From: Spizellomyces punctatus DAOM BR117
Lineage: Eukaryota
Strand: one strand, 5' to 3'
Length of the DNA: 64,000 nt
Assembly (NCBI GenBank): GCA_000182565.2
Contig: KQ257457.1
Made by a program: the position numbers and the translations under genes. This document shows, piece by piece, positions 24,445 to 36,277 of the stretch. Numbering within the stretch: the first letter of the stretch is position 1; every line of letters begins with the position of its first letter. Below the pieces are notes generated by a model. That model saw only the letters and a program-made list of their open reading frames with translations, was not told where the DNA came from and made no database searches.

Positions 24445-25012
24445 GCCTCTGCTGGAGGATGTGCCTTGCGTGGGGTTGTGCTGATGGGTGGCCTCTGCTA
24501 GAGGATGTGCTGTGCGTGGGTTGTGGTGATGGGTGCCGCTGCTAGAGGATGTGCTGTGCGTGGGGTTGTGGTGATGGGTGCCGCTGCTAGAGGATGTGCT
24601 GTTCTCGGGGGTTTCCCCGCGACGCCTCACCTAGAGGATGTGCTTTGCCATTGTCACTTCGCCACGAAGGCCGCTGCTAGAGGATGTGCTGTTCTCGGGG
24701 GTTTCCCCGCGACGCCTCACCTAGAGGATGTGCTTTGCCATTGTCACTTCGCCACGAAGGCCTCTGCTAGAGGATGTGCTTTGCCGTTGTCACTTCGTCA
24801 CGAAGGGGCCTCTGCTAGAGGATGTGCTTTGCCGTTGTCACTTCGTCACGAAGGCCTCTGCTAGAGGATGTGCTTTGCCATTGTCGCTTCGTCACGAAGG
24901 CCTCTGCTAGAGGATGTGCTTTGCCATTGTCGCTTCGTCACGAAGGCCTCTGCTAGAGGATGTGCTTTGCCGTTGTCGCTTCGTCAGGAAGGCCTCCGCT
25001 GGAGGATGTGCT
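24445..25012. repeat. Non-coding tandem array: 13 copies of a 21-nt core GCCTCTGCTAGAGGATGTGCT separated by 23-27-nt variable segments
   Basis: Cores start at 24445, 24491, 24535, 24580, 24624, 24670, 24714, 24760, 24808, 24854, 24900, 24946 and 24992. Degenerate copies lie near 24400 and 25040. Periods of 44-48 nt do not preserve a reading frame. Confidence 0.92.
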
Positions 25013-25804
25013 TTTCCTTCAATCGCGCATGGGGGAGTTGGCCGATGGAGGATGCGTCCGGTGATCCTGACCGATTGCTAACTCCACGATTTTTTAGGTT
25101 TTGTACGTACCCCCCAGGGCAAGACTAGATGTATTTTTTTGTATTGAGTGTGTTATGTTGAAATATATTCCTGTGTTGTAATATGGCATCCATCCCAGTA
25201 ATGACCAGCTAGTTTGGTTTGAAGAATCTTTTCGCACATGTATTATGGTGTACGCCTTTTACCAACTCTAAATGAACCATTCCTCCCACCAATACGTTAA
25301 AGCGACTTGTTGGCAGCTGTGGATGAAACCCGCGGCCAATGAGTACAAGGCATATTGACGACAGAAGATAACTGTCGTAAAGATCCACCTTCACAGAGGC
25401 CTTTTTCCAGTCTTCGCATATGCATATTCTTACGACAAAGTAGGACATCTCTCCCATTGCCATTGGTTGGGCCTCAGAAGCAGAGCAATACGGTCTTATA
25501 TCACGTGATACCCACAGTAATTAACACAAGTATAGTTTAATGAGGAGCAGCTCAAAAGGCACGTGAATATATGATCTTATGGAATCAGGGCGTAAGCAAT
25601 CAAAGCATCTGTGAACTGGATCGTTTTCATGACTTTGTATACTATTTATTGTAAATGATATCCGCTATAAGCTATTAAACAGGTCTAGGCTCTCCCACTA
25701 ACCCTCCCACCTGCAACTACACCATCCCATGAAAAGTCAAGGATTAGTCGTCATTCTGCCTAGTTTCATCTCCGGACTATACGAGAGGAACCACTGGGTG
25801 GAAT

Positions 25805-26885
25805 CTAAATGGGACGATCAAGGTTAGGCTAAGCGTCGTCTTATAAAAAATCCTTGATCCAACCTACCGATTGATGTCAATCGAGGTGCAACACCCGGGT
25901 GGGCACGTCTCTCTCGGCTCTCTCTCGCTCTGTCTCGACTCTTCCAACTCTCACTCTCGCTCCCATGCCTCGCCTAGAGCATCAAAGGCGACGAGGTTTC
26001 GAACCCACCCACCACCGACCGGTACCGAATTCACTACGTCAACCTCAATCTCTCGCTCTATCTCGACTATCTCTCGCTCACTCTGCCCCAACTCTCCATC
26101 TCATGTCCTGTACCGCGAGGGTTGCCGAAAAATTCCACCGCCGACCTTATACTAGAGCTTACGCGGAGAAAGTTCTCCGCATCGGCCGCCGTGTTCCAGT
26201 GCAGAATCAACCTGCCATGTATCAATCAGTAATACAAACAAGATAAAAGATGCGATGGTGTAGCTGCTAACCTGTGCTGCGCACGACCGATGATCTTTTG
26301 CACATTCTTGTTGACTTCCACGTCCATGGCGGTCACCATGCCGGCCCCAATCGTCCCCTCATTCTCCCCCTGTTAGAGTAACCAGCAGTCGCCCAAGCAT
26401 ACTCGCGACCATAGCATTGTCCCCGAGATTGACATTCCTGTAATCCCGCATCTTTGCTGCCGCGTCCCGGAATCTATTCTAAATGGGACAATCAAGGTTA
26501 GTCTAAGTTTCGTCGTATGTAGCTCCTTCAACCTACTGGTTAATATCTATCATGGTGCGAACCCCTTCGGGGCAGCAGCATCCTATAGTGCCCATAGTGT
26601 AGTGCCCCGCATGGTTGCAAGTATGCTTGGGCGATTACTGGTGACTCTATGGGAGAGTGAGGGGAAAATTGGGGCCGGCATGGCCGCCAGGGACGTGGAA
26701 GTCAACGAGAACGTGCAAAAGATCGCAGTACAGGGCATGAGATGGAGAGTTGGGGCAGAGAAAGAGAGAGTCGAGAGAGTCTCGGATAGAGCGAGAGAGA
26801 GACTGAGATGGACGTAATGAACTGCGTACCGGTCGTGTGTGGGTGGGTACGAAGAAACCTGGTCGCCTTTTATGCTCCAGACAGT
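25805..26885. repeat. Duplicated segment with direct and inverted parts
   Basis: 25805-25905 resembles 26479-26580 (direct). 25970-26118 plus 26292-26415 resembles the reverse complement of 26605-26885. Confidence 0.8.
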
Positions 26886-29208
26886 CGCCTGATATGTTCT
26901 CCCGACTCACCAAAGCAAATGAAAGCGTTCGAGCGGTGGATGCGGAAATTCATCGGATCCGCCAAACGAAGCGGTCAAAGATGTCGTCACAAAAGATGGA
27001 CAGGTCCATGCGGAGATCCGCGTGATGCAAAGGAAAAGAAAGCGGCCGAACACATCTCCACAACAAGCGGTAGCGCATGTGGAGGTTGACGCGATGCATC
27101 AGAGGAAGCTGTCAAAAGCATCTGGGCGCAGATCTGCGTGACGCAAAGAAAAACAAGACCGGCCGGACATAACTGCAGAAAAAATGGGCAGTCAATGCGG
27201 GGATACTGACCGGGTGCACCGTATCTCCTATGATGGGCGCATCTCGCAAAAATGCATCTGCATTTCTCGCCTCCCCATGCGATTCACCCGAACGTTCAAG
27301 CGTGGCCACAATTGGGTGTATTCTGGAGGCGTTTCGACAGGTGGAATAAAACATTTTTTATTGGCTAGTAGTAGGTACAGCTCAGCACGCTTTCATGCCG
27401 CTAAAAAATACGGAATTTATTATCTCAAAGTGGTTGATAAATGTCTATCTGCAAAGAGAGCCAGAGGAAAAGCATTGGCAAGTCAGTCGCTGGAGCTGAT
27501 TATCATATCCACATACGCCCCGCATGCGCCACACCGGTTTGGAGGTCTGCATCAGGTGGAAACGGAGATAGGTAACGTACTCTAGGAGAAGGAGAGAAGT
27601 CAGATGGATTGTGGAGAGGATCAAGCGAAGGGTAAGGAGGCCAAAGTAACATGAGTGTCAGCGGGTATTCAGCTGTCGAAGAGCTGCGTGAGGAAATGCG
27701 CTACGCTTGCGCCCAATTCGCGTCACCGCGTCACCTTTTACCCCAGACGATGCTTGGCCAGTTCCAACAAACGCCTTGCAACTCTTTTGTAGTGGCAAAA
27801 GGTGTGCATCCGCATACGCTATAGCACCCCACTGGGAACCTGTCGATACATCAGTACGAATGAGAATTCGAATGGATCTGGACGGCACGATTAATCCGCC
27901 TTTCTTCCAGATGAAAATGGCAGGTATTGTCGAGGTATGTTGCAGAGAAAACATTATCCAATGCATAGAAAACATTGCGACGCTTCTGCTCTTGTTGTAA
28001 AACATGTAAAATCACTCTATATATAAAAGAACATCTGTTACGGTGAACAGTGTTTAAGATGCACTAAAGTTCCAAATTCAACGCCCGGCTTCGCTGCATG
28101 TACTACTCATGTCGATGTATTCATGGGACAAGTTCGATTTACATAATAGGAATGGTTTGTTTATTTTTTGTTGATGATTCACTACAGCGCATTGTTTGGT
28201 ATTACGTGCCCAACAAATGCGTTTTTTTGATATATTTTCTTTGTCTGCCGGATCAAGGCGAAGACGACAAGTTTCTTGTTTGCAATATACTCTTTTTTGG
28301 GCCGCTCGGCTCTTGCACGGCATCCATTGTGATACGGCACACGTTTAAAAGCACGATATGGATCGTGAAAGACTTACCTGCGCTCGCAGAGCGAACTCAA
28401 TAAAATCTTAAGGAAGTGGGCGTGCAGTTGCCCCAGCCCAGGACTGCACCATCATCGACATAAGCAAGTGTCTATTGCAACCTTATAAAAAGGTGTGGTC
28501 TTTAACCCTCTTTCAAGACTCAAAAAACATCTTGCGAACGATCCGATCGGGGGAGCATCGGCCCCTTGAGTGGCATTCCCGACAGGATTCATTTTTTCCG
28601 GGATATGAGTCTCAGACGGGGAATACAGAAGGTAAGTTGCTTCGTACCTTTGATCCCAAAAGGCTGATACTGAGTCTTTAGTAACTATTGTACACATCTA
28701 AAGTACAGTAATACTCTTGGGAGGGCCGAGGTGTTCTTAAATATAGCAACTTTTCATAAAACCCAGTTTCCCATTTCCATTTCGCTTTGTATGCCAGGCC
28801 CCATCAATGTCTCTCAACAGTGCGCATGTTGTTCGTTCTGCCAACGGCTTTTGACTATCCATCATGGCGACTTAGAACTTGGACTTCCATTTCCAATGAT
28901 GAGATACCTCGAGCTCTTTCATGATATTTCAACTCCTCCTCCTTCAACGTTCCTTCCTTCCATCCTTTCTGCTGTCCATTGCTTTCCTGCTTACTTTCTT
29001 CAAAACAACTTTCGTGTTAAGGCCATAAGGTTTTAATTTGCGGCGCGCGTTTGAAAGTATGACCGGTTCCAGAAAATAATTATATCGGAGGGAATCGGAG
29101 AGAGGTTTCCAAACGTCATTTCAAAAGGAGCGAGCGCAGCATTCGCATCCTTTTCCTCTTGTGCATTACTCAACAAACCGCTAACGAGTCCTTGCGTAGA
29201 AGAAAAAC

Positions 29209-31222
29209 ATGAACAAACCCAACCCTGTCCCGGTGCCCGCGGCCCCTTCGCCCTCTCCAGCTGCGTCCCAGTCTGCGCCGTCCGTCTTGGACGTGACCAC
29301 GCCCCGCCACGCGGACGCTGCTCTCGGGCATTCCGCTCTCATCTCGGCCGGTGTGGGAGGAAATGGTGCAGGAGGAGGTGGATCCTCTTCTGGCTTTGCT
29401 TCAGCGGGCACGTCCAATGATGCTTTGTTGGGGGGTACGGAAGAGGAGGAGGTTTTCATGGTGAGATCATGCAATTGTAACGTGAAAGAGGTATTGCAAC
29501 TGACGCTGTTCAAAATAGAACGAGAAAAAGCCTTTCAACGAGGTTGAGAATGTGGACGGGAGCGGTCATGGTAAGGACGTTGTCCTTGAAATTCGCGACC
29601 GTACACCTCTTCCCAAAACGCCTTGGTGGAAGACTTTGATAAAGTTCATTGGACCTGGATCAATGATTGCCGTCGGGTAAGGGCTTTTAGTTAAAGTAAA
29701 ACGTTCCATGCCGACGCTTTCTCACTCTGTCTATCAACAGTTACATGGACCCTGGAAACTGGGCTACAGATCTCTCCGGCGGCTCGCAATTCTACTATAA
29801 CCTCCTCTTTTGTATCCTCCTCTCAAACATTTTTGCCGTCCTTCTGCAATCCCTTGCTATCAAAGCCGGTCTCGTCACGGGTCGAGACTTGGCCCAACTA
29901 TGTCGTCACCATTTTCACCCCTATGCCAGTATGGTTCTCTACATCACCGCCGAGGCTGCCATTATTGCTACCGACCTTGCGGAAGTCATTGGAGCGGCGA
30001 TTGCTCTCAACTTACTCTTCCGCATTCCCTTACCCTGGGGTGTCGCCATCACTGGGTTGGATGTTCTCATTATTCTGTTGGGATTCACCCCAAAGCATTT
30101 GCGCTACTTTGAGTTTTTTATTATGGCGCTGATCGCATCGATTGGCATTTGTTTTATTGCCTTGTTGATCAAAGTTAAACCGATTTGGGGCGACGTTTTT
30201 GCTGGGTATCTTCCAAGAGCTGAACTCTTTTCGGACCCGAAGCAGTTATTTATTTTCATGGGAATCGTTGGTGCGACCGTTATGCCGCATAACCTCTACC
30301 TGCACACGCATCTCGTCTTGTACCGGTACCAGCCGACCACGACCTCGACATTTGCACCCGCCGGCACCATCCACGCCATTACCGAGATACCTCGCATAGC
30401 TTCCCGCCGGCCTCACCGACACATTCAACTACTCCCTCGTACGATTCGGTACTCCTTTATCGATTGTATCATGTCGCTCACCTACGCTCTGTTTGTGAAC
30501 TCGTCCATTCTGATTGTTGCTGCTGCCGTATTCTTTGCGCAAAAGACTGAAGTGGCTACCATTGAAGACGCTTACCGTCTCTTGGGTACCGAGCTGGGTG
30601 CCGCGGCTGGAACGCTCTTTGCCGTCGCCTTGTTGTGTAGTGGACAGAGTTCTACTATCACTGGCACCATTGCTGGGCAAGTTGTTATGGGCGGGTTCTT
30701 GGGGTCGAGGTGGAGAATGAAACCCTGGGTGAGGCGATTGGTCTCTAGACTCCTCGCTATTATTCCCGCTATGGTCACTGTTATTATCAAGGGACAGAAA
30801 GGGTTGGATGATTTATTGGTCATCAGTCAAGTTATTTTGTCAATGCAGTTACCTTTTGCTGTCTGGCCTTTAATTTATTTTACTTCCAAAAAGAGTAAGC
30901 TTGGTTTTCATTTTTGGGAATTTATGCGATGCACTCATGATGTTTTATTGCAGGTATTATGACTGTCAAATACGCTGCCGAATCATACAGTTCCGAAGAC
31001 AAGGAGCCTCTGGTAGAAGAAATTCCCATCCATACCACCTCCAGGACCAGCGAGGTTTCTGTCTCATCGGCTTCCACGCAAGGCGACTCTACGACCAAAA
31101 CCTACGAAAATGCTATTTATACGACCATTGTTGCAGTGCTTGTTGCGACCATTATTACTGGATTGAATGTAGTGATGCTGTTGCAGATTATGGCGCCTGG
31201 GTTGTTCCCCTCTCATGATTAG
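29209..31222 (+). CDS. NRAMP-family divalent metal (Mn/Fe) transporter, Smf1/Smf2-like
   Basis: [53 protein letters not shown] and SQVILSMQLPFA; introns at ~29461-29518, 29677-29740 and 30895-30953. Confidence 0.95.
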
Positions 31223-31723
31223 ATGTATTTATGTTGTGAATGACGTATCGAAATGGGAATGATGTGATGAAAATGGTTAAACAAAAAGGAAACGAACAAA
31301 AAAAACAGTCCAAAAACAATGTTCCACATTATGTTCTGGACTTATCATAGTCCTTTAATTACTTTCAAAGTGTCCAACATGTCCCAAACATGAAGCAGAA
31401 TATCTGAATTGGGATCTGCAGACTATTATGTTGCGTCGAACGACCCAACCCAGCTGTACAAAGAAGAAAAAGCGCACATCAATAACAAGCATTAAGATTG
31501 CTAACATCCCGAGCATACGAGGTTTCATGTTAGCGGATTTTGCACGAAGAGTTGATTCTGACATGGAAGAGATTTTTGTTCGACGACGATTGTTTACATT
31601 TGACGAGACCGAAAATCTATCGGCGCAAACATGGTTAAACGCCCTTTGCTACATTGAAAGTTCTATTTTCTACAGTATTGAATACAGTATGAGATCGAGT
31701 GTAAAACACATAGTTCCAAAAAC

Positions 31724-32050
31724 TTAGAGTATTCCATTCAGAACAGCTAATGCCGCAGCGCTCATAACGACATATGCAATGCCCGTTTTTGCATTCTTGC
31801 GGGAAGCGGACATTGGGCTGATGGTGACGCTATTATCGGAAGACATATTGTCGATAGTCTTGTTACCTCGCAATGGATTTGGTGAGCTGCAATGACCCTT
31901 ATCGAGGACGAAGAAATCGTTTTTGGGCTGCGTAATGATCAGGCCGGTGTAGTTCCGGGATAAATCGATGGTCGTGCATGATGTGACGAGGGTAGACTGA
32001 ATAAAGCCAGTGCAGTTTGGCTGCTCGAAGAAGGTGATGTTCAGAGACAT
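31724..32050 (-). CDS. Small Cys-containing protein with hydrophobic C-terminus (possibly GPI-anchored; 5' end uncertain)
   Basis: 108-aa ORF with N-glycosylation sequons, a Ser-rich linker and terminal IAYVVMSAAALAVLNGIL; no in-frame signal peptide found. Confidence 0.4.
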   Translation of the reverse strand: MSLNITFFEQPNCTGFIQSTLVTSCTTIDLSRNYTGLIITQPKNDFFVLDKGHCSSPNPLRGNKTIDNMSSDNSVTISPMSASRKNAKTGIAYVVMSAAALAVLNGIL

Positions 32051-32257
32051 TTGGAATTCCAGTCGAATTCTTGTTGGCTTTTAGCGAATTTTCTATGTAC
32101 GCCAAGGACATATGCCCAAAGAAGACGACGCTCTGCAGCCCCCTTATTTATGCACGTAGCAGTATCGTTTTCCTCTAGCTAGTTTGTGATCTAAATGGGG
32201 AGGGTCCACCACCAACTACCTAAAACTTGACATCGTTGAAGTCATCCACTGGCAGCT

Positions 32258-33055
32258 ATGAAGCTGTTACGGTTTTGCGCCGTCCGGTACCTCATAATGG
32301 CAGGTTTCCATATTGTCGACGCCGCTAGCATCGGCGAACGACATCTGCAAGGCAGAGGCTACAATTCCGATCTCGATCTTTGGAAGCCTCTCGGGAACAT
32401 GACCACGATGATCTCCTTCGCGAAAGGAGTAACTAACACTTTGACTTTGATGAAACCCGAATATAACGATATCCGTGTCCGGTTAGAGAAGCGATAACTT
32501 CGACTGGTCTTCGAAACTCAGCGGCGTCCTTGACGGTGGAGTCAACCCATACGGTTACCACAGTTGACAGGAACAACGACTCTCCTCACCGATGACTTTC
32601 GTAGATTACCAAGATCAATACGTCCAATGGCTTCTTGGCCACTCATTTCGTGATCAAGTTCCCGGAGAATGTCCCCTGCGTTGCCAACATCATTATCACT
32701 GGCCTACAAAGGAAGGGAGTCGCATTTCCGCTGGGCAACATTGCCCGCGGCTGCTGGATTGCCGCATGGGAATGCTGCTAGTATGTATGGCACTACCCAG
32801 TTCTGCTATTACCCACCCGCGGTTTTGCGGATCGACCTGGATGCGTTCTACGCAGCCTTTACGCTTACTGAAGATCCACAAGCCAATATCAATCAAATAT
32901 CATTATTGGGTCTTAACCTTTACAAAATGACGACTGCTATCCGCGACATGACAAAATGCCGGCTGGGGAAATGGGCACTGAGACATGGGCAATACCAAGT
33001 GTGCAACCGGTCAGGCTGTCCTATGACAAACAAATCAACTTGCCTGCCATCATGA
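32258..33055 (+). pseudogene. Possible secreted-protein gene or pseudogene of unknown family
   Basis: Signal-peptide-like MKLLRFCAVRYLIMAGFHIVDA followed by protein-like fragments in several frames; no clean splice solution found. Confidence 0.3.
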
Positions 33056-34094
33056 TAGTCATTCTATTGTACTTTTACAAACATATGAGGTACTGAAGCT
33101 CGATGGTCCGGCCGAAACACCAGAAACTTTGCAAGTTATTCGTAATGTCCTCTGTGTTGCCAACATCCTTATGGCAGATCTAGGAAGGAAGCGAGTTGTA
33201 TTCTGATAATCTACAGGTTTGCCGAACTTGCCAAACTATGCAACTTTCAGAGGTCAACGTGCAATGGCACATACAAATTGTATCGATTGTTGTTACCGGA
33301 CAAGCACAGCAGTATGTTGATTAGAATTATATATATTGGCTAGTACTTTACATGCCACCTATCTATACATGTACTTCATATTTAACCATCTCAATCCTGC
33401 TTTTGGGATCAACTAACTACTGGCTACCACTCTGGAGATTCCTGCAGTGTAATCTCCATCCCACGAGATACGATGGGTGTTGAGCCGTTTCGGGGGTTCG
33501 GAGTGGTGAGGCATGTACCTCTCCACAATACCTCTCCATGGTCGCAATGCAATATTGTGACGTGTCAGATGGTCGTCCGATATGTTGCGATGTTGCTGTT
33601 TGCATCGTCTGAATATGTTGTCAGATTTGGGACCGACCAACGCAGTGAAGCGGGACAAGACGCTTGTGGGATGACTGAGGTCTTAGGATGAGAAATGTCA
33701 GCGATTGCTTTTAGAGTGAAAGAATAAAGAACACTCACCTGAGACCATCCAGGCAAAAGAGAATCCGTCAAGACAAAACGACATCTGTCGCCGCGCATTC
33801 GGCCGAGTTTCATTCATGGGGCGAAACCGAAGAACCAAGTCGTCTGTGCATCTCCTCGATCATTCCAGTGCAACACGATCCCTACTCTAGTAAAGCAAAT
33901 ATATTAACAAACCATGCAAACATGAAAAGAGCGATTTGACAAGATACCTGTGAGAGTATTCCCGGGTGCCTTTCTGTGTTTGTTTTCCTCTACCTGGACT
34001 GCCTCCCCTCCATTCCTGGGAGCCATCACGTTTTGATGCTCCCAGAAAGTTGCAAGCAGACGAGGGGAGAAGCAGAGCAGGGCATTTATAAACG

Positions 34095-34125
34095 ACAACA
34101 AGAACAACAACAACAACAACAACAA
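34095..34125. repeat. (CAA)n microsatellite
   Basis: caacaagaacaacaacaacaacaacaacaag. Confidence 0.8.
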
Positions 34126-34957
34126 GCAAGCAGGTTGCAGCTTGTGAGCTTGAGAAAAGTCCAAGTAGCTCCTCTTTCAATTTAAACGTAGTTGACTGAT
34201 CGGAAATCTTTTTAAGTACATGGCCATCATGACACATGAACGCAACCGCCTTCCACACAAGCCTTTTATCAAGCCTTTCGCAGTCATCGCTCACCGGGTT
34301 TTCCTTTGTGTTGATGAAAGCAGCGCAAGCGAAGGCCAGCTGACCAAAGACCCTTGAAGGTTTTCTTTTTATTCCAATGTGCGTATGGGATGGATGGAGG
34401 CTATGATATTGCCAAAGAACTTGACTGGAGATGGCGATGGTCTTGGAAGCTGGTCCTCATTTCCCATATCATTTCTATATTGCTAAACATCTCTTTTGCG
34501 AAAACTATTCCATTTGTCAATCTTGTTCTCTTTTGAATCGCTAAAATGTTGATTATATTGGGTCTTGGATGATGATCTTACGCAACAACCCAACTACAAG
34601 AGTCGATCAAATTAGGGGGTTGCAAACGGGGCTTCATGGTCACTGCTTTTGCGGTCATCAAACGAGTGGAAAAGAAATAGCAAATAAGGATGGCTGTAGT
34701 CGATGATACTCATTCTTCCTCGGCATACGGCTAGTGAGTAGAGAATGAATTATAGGACAGTACAGTGTATCTCACTTTGCAATGTTCACTGCTTTAAAAG
34801 CGCAGACCAGCTACGCACGCCTGTAGTATTCACAGCCTACATAATCTTTACAAACCAACAAATTCAGCCTAGTTTACTGCACTTTTGGCAATCCAGCACT
34901 CTTATCGCCCATCCGGGGTTTCTACGTAACAAATGTACATAAATAATGGCCCACAGA

Positions 34958-36277
34958 TCAGTTCTGTGGGTAAGCACTCTGCTCCAAATAGTCTTGATTC
35001 ACCATGACGGGACTTGCGTTCCGGCTATTTTGGTACATCATTTGCGGAGCGGCTACTCCCACTAGCTGATGGGGATTGGACGACCCAAATGTCGAAAATG
35101 TGTCACCCAGATGAGGAATCGGCGAGTAACCGGACGACGATATCGGCCGTGGTGCTACAGAGGACGTGTTGGTGAGTGGATAGACGTGGAAGGATGAATC
35201 AAGGCTGATGGCTCGTCGAGGTGGCATTGGCAAGAGGTAATGCCCGGATGCCAATCCCTGGCGTGGACTTGGGTGAGTTCGATCAGGTGTAACTTGAAAG
35301 TGCGATTCAGGGGACAGATTTGCTCTGTCAGGATCATGATAGGTCGAACAATCTTCAGAAGTATTATACATTGGCGATGGTGAGGAGTAGGGAACAGTGT
35401 GAGATGGGACGTCAGAGTGGGACATGGGACCGTATCGAGCGGATATGCCACCTTGCAGAGGAACGTGCATTCTGCTTGGTTCGACTATTCGGATGGAAGA
35501 CGCAATTTGCTGTTGAGCAAGCAAGTCCCCAGCAGCATCCGAAGCGACAGGCTTGCCACTGATTTGCATGTCACCACCTTGCAGTGATGCTTGATGGTAG
35601 GCCTCTACACCATCTCCGCCAGGAATAGACTGGACTGGCAATTCAGCCAGACTTCTCGCGGCCGGTATCCCAGAGCCTGACCGATTCGCCTCTGCCCGGA
35701 CCTTGGCTCGACGGTTTTGGAACCAGACTTGGACCGCGCGCGGGCTCATTCGGACAACATCAGAAATCTCTTTTCGCCGCTCAGGATCCGGCATGGTAGT
35801 TTCCGTCTCAAAGACTCTAATCAGAATGTCACGTTGCCAATCCTTGGTTTTCAATCTTCGCTTCTTTGGGGCGCTTTCCTCGCGTTGAATCTGCTCGGCT
35901 ACATCCTCCATTGTTGAAAGAACAAATGTTAGACTTTGTGGTCCAGCCGACGCTTCAATCGGCTTGTCCGCGTTGATGGCATCTCTAGACGATGGTCGAT
36001 GACCCGAGTTTACTGCATTTGAGGCGCTAGCACCAGAAGCAAGATGTCTGTTGGGGCCTATTTGAGGTGAAGGGGAAGCGGTTGGCGACGGTGATGGGAG
36101 CGGTAAAGATGATTCTGAGAGGGCAGGAGAGGGCGGGATGGAGACTGGTATTTCAAAGTATGGCTGGCCTGGAGGATGCGAACCGCCGACGGGCGCAGTG
36201 TAAGGACCTGACGTATAAGGCGAGAAAGCCGTGGAGGGTATATGGATGTGGGCGGGATGGTGTGCTCGCGAGTACAT
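34958..36277 (-). CDS. Homeodomain transcription factor
   Basis: KKRRLKTKDWQRDILIRVFE..TMPDPERRKEISDVVRMSPRAVQVWFQNRRAK (WFQNRR helix 3) within low-complexity Pro/Ser flanks. Confidence 0.92.
   Translation of the reverse strand: MYSRAHHPAHIHIPSTAFSPYTSGPYTAPVGGSHPPGQPYFEIPVSIPPSPALSESSLPLPSPSPTASPSPQIGPNRHLASGASASNAVNSGHRPSSRDAINADKPIEASAGPQSLTFVLSTMEDVAEQIQREESAPKKRRLKTKDWQRDILIRVFETETTMPDPERRKEISDVVRMSPRAVQVWFQNRRAKVRAEANRSGSGIPAARSLAELPVQSIPGGDGVEAYHQASLQGGDMQISGKPVASDAAGDLLAQQQIASSIRIVEPSRMHVPLQGGISARYGPMSHSDVPSHTVPYSSPSPMYNTSEDCSTYHDPDRANLSPESHFQVTPDRTHPSPRQGLASGHYLLPMPPRRAISLDSSFHVYPLTNTSSVAPRPISSSGYSPIPHLGDTFSTFGSSNPHQLVGVAAPQMMYQNSRNASPVMVNQDYLEQSAYPQN

Noticed and set aside
24445-25012. 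Bona fide CRISPR array
   Set aside because: Eukaryotic context, no cas genes, a short 21-nt repeat and mostly duplicated spacers; kept only as a CRISPR-like array.
24412-25128. Cys/His-rich ORFs across the array (LLEDVLCHCHF.., SSSSGTHHH..)
   Set aside because: Unit lengths of 44, 46 and 48 nt shift the frame, so the ORFs are by-products of the repeat.
26551-26600. Helitron 3' end (hairpin + CTRR)
   Set aside because: The hairpin is followed by CTAT rather than CTRR, and no matching 5' TC terminus could be assigned.
19700-29100. Fanzor/TnpB, transposase or intact viral gene in the accessory tract
   Set aside because: Looked for RuvC, Zn-ribbon and DDE motifs and for terminal inverted repeats; none recognised by eye, and no long intact ORF is present. 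A profile search is still advisable.
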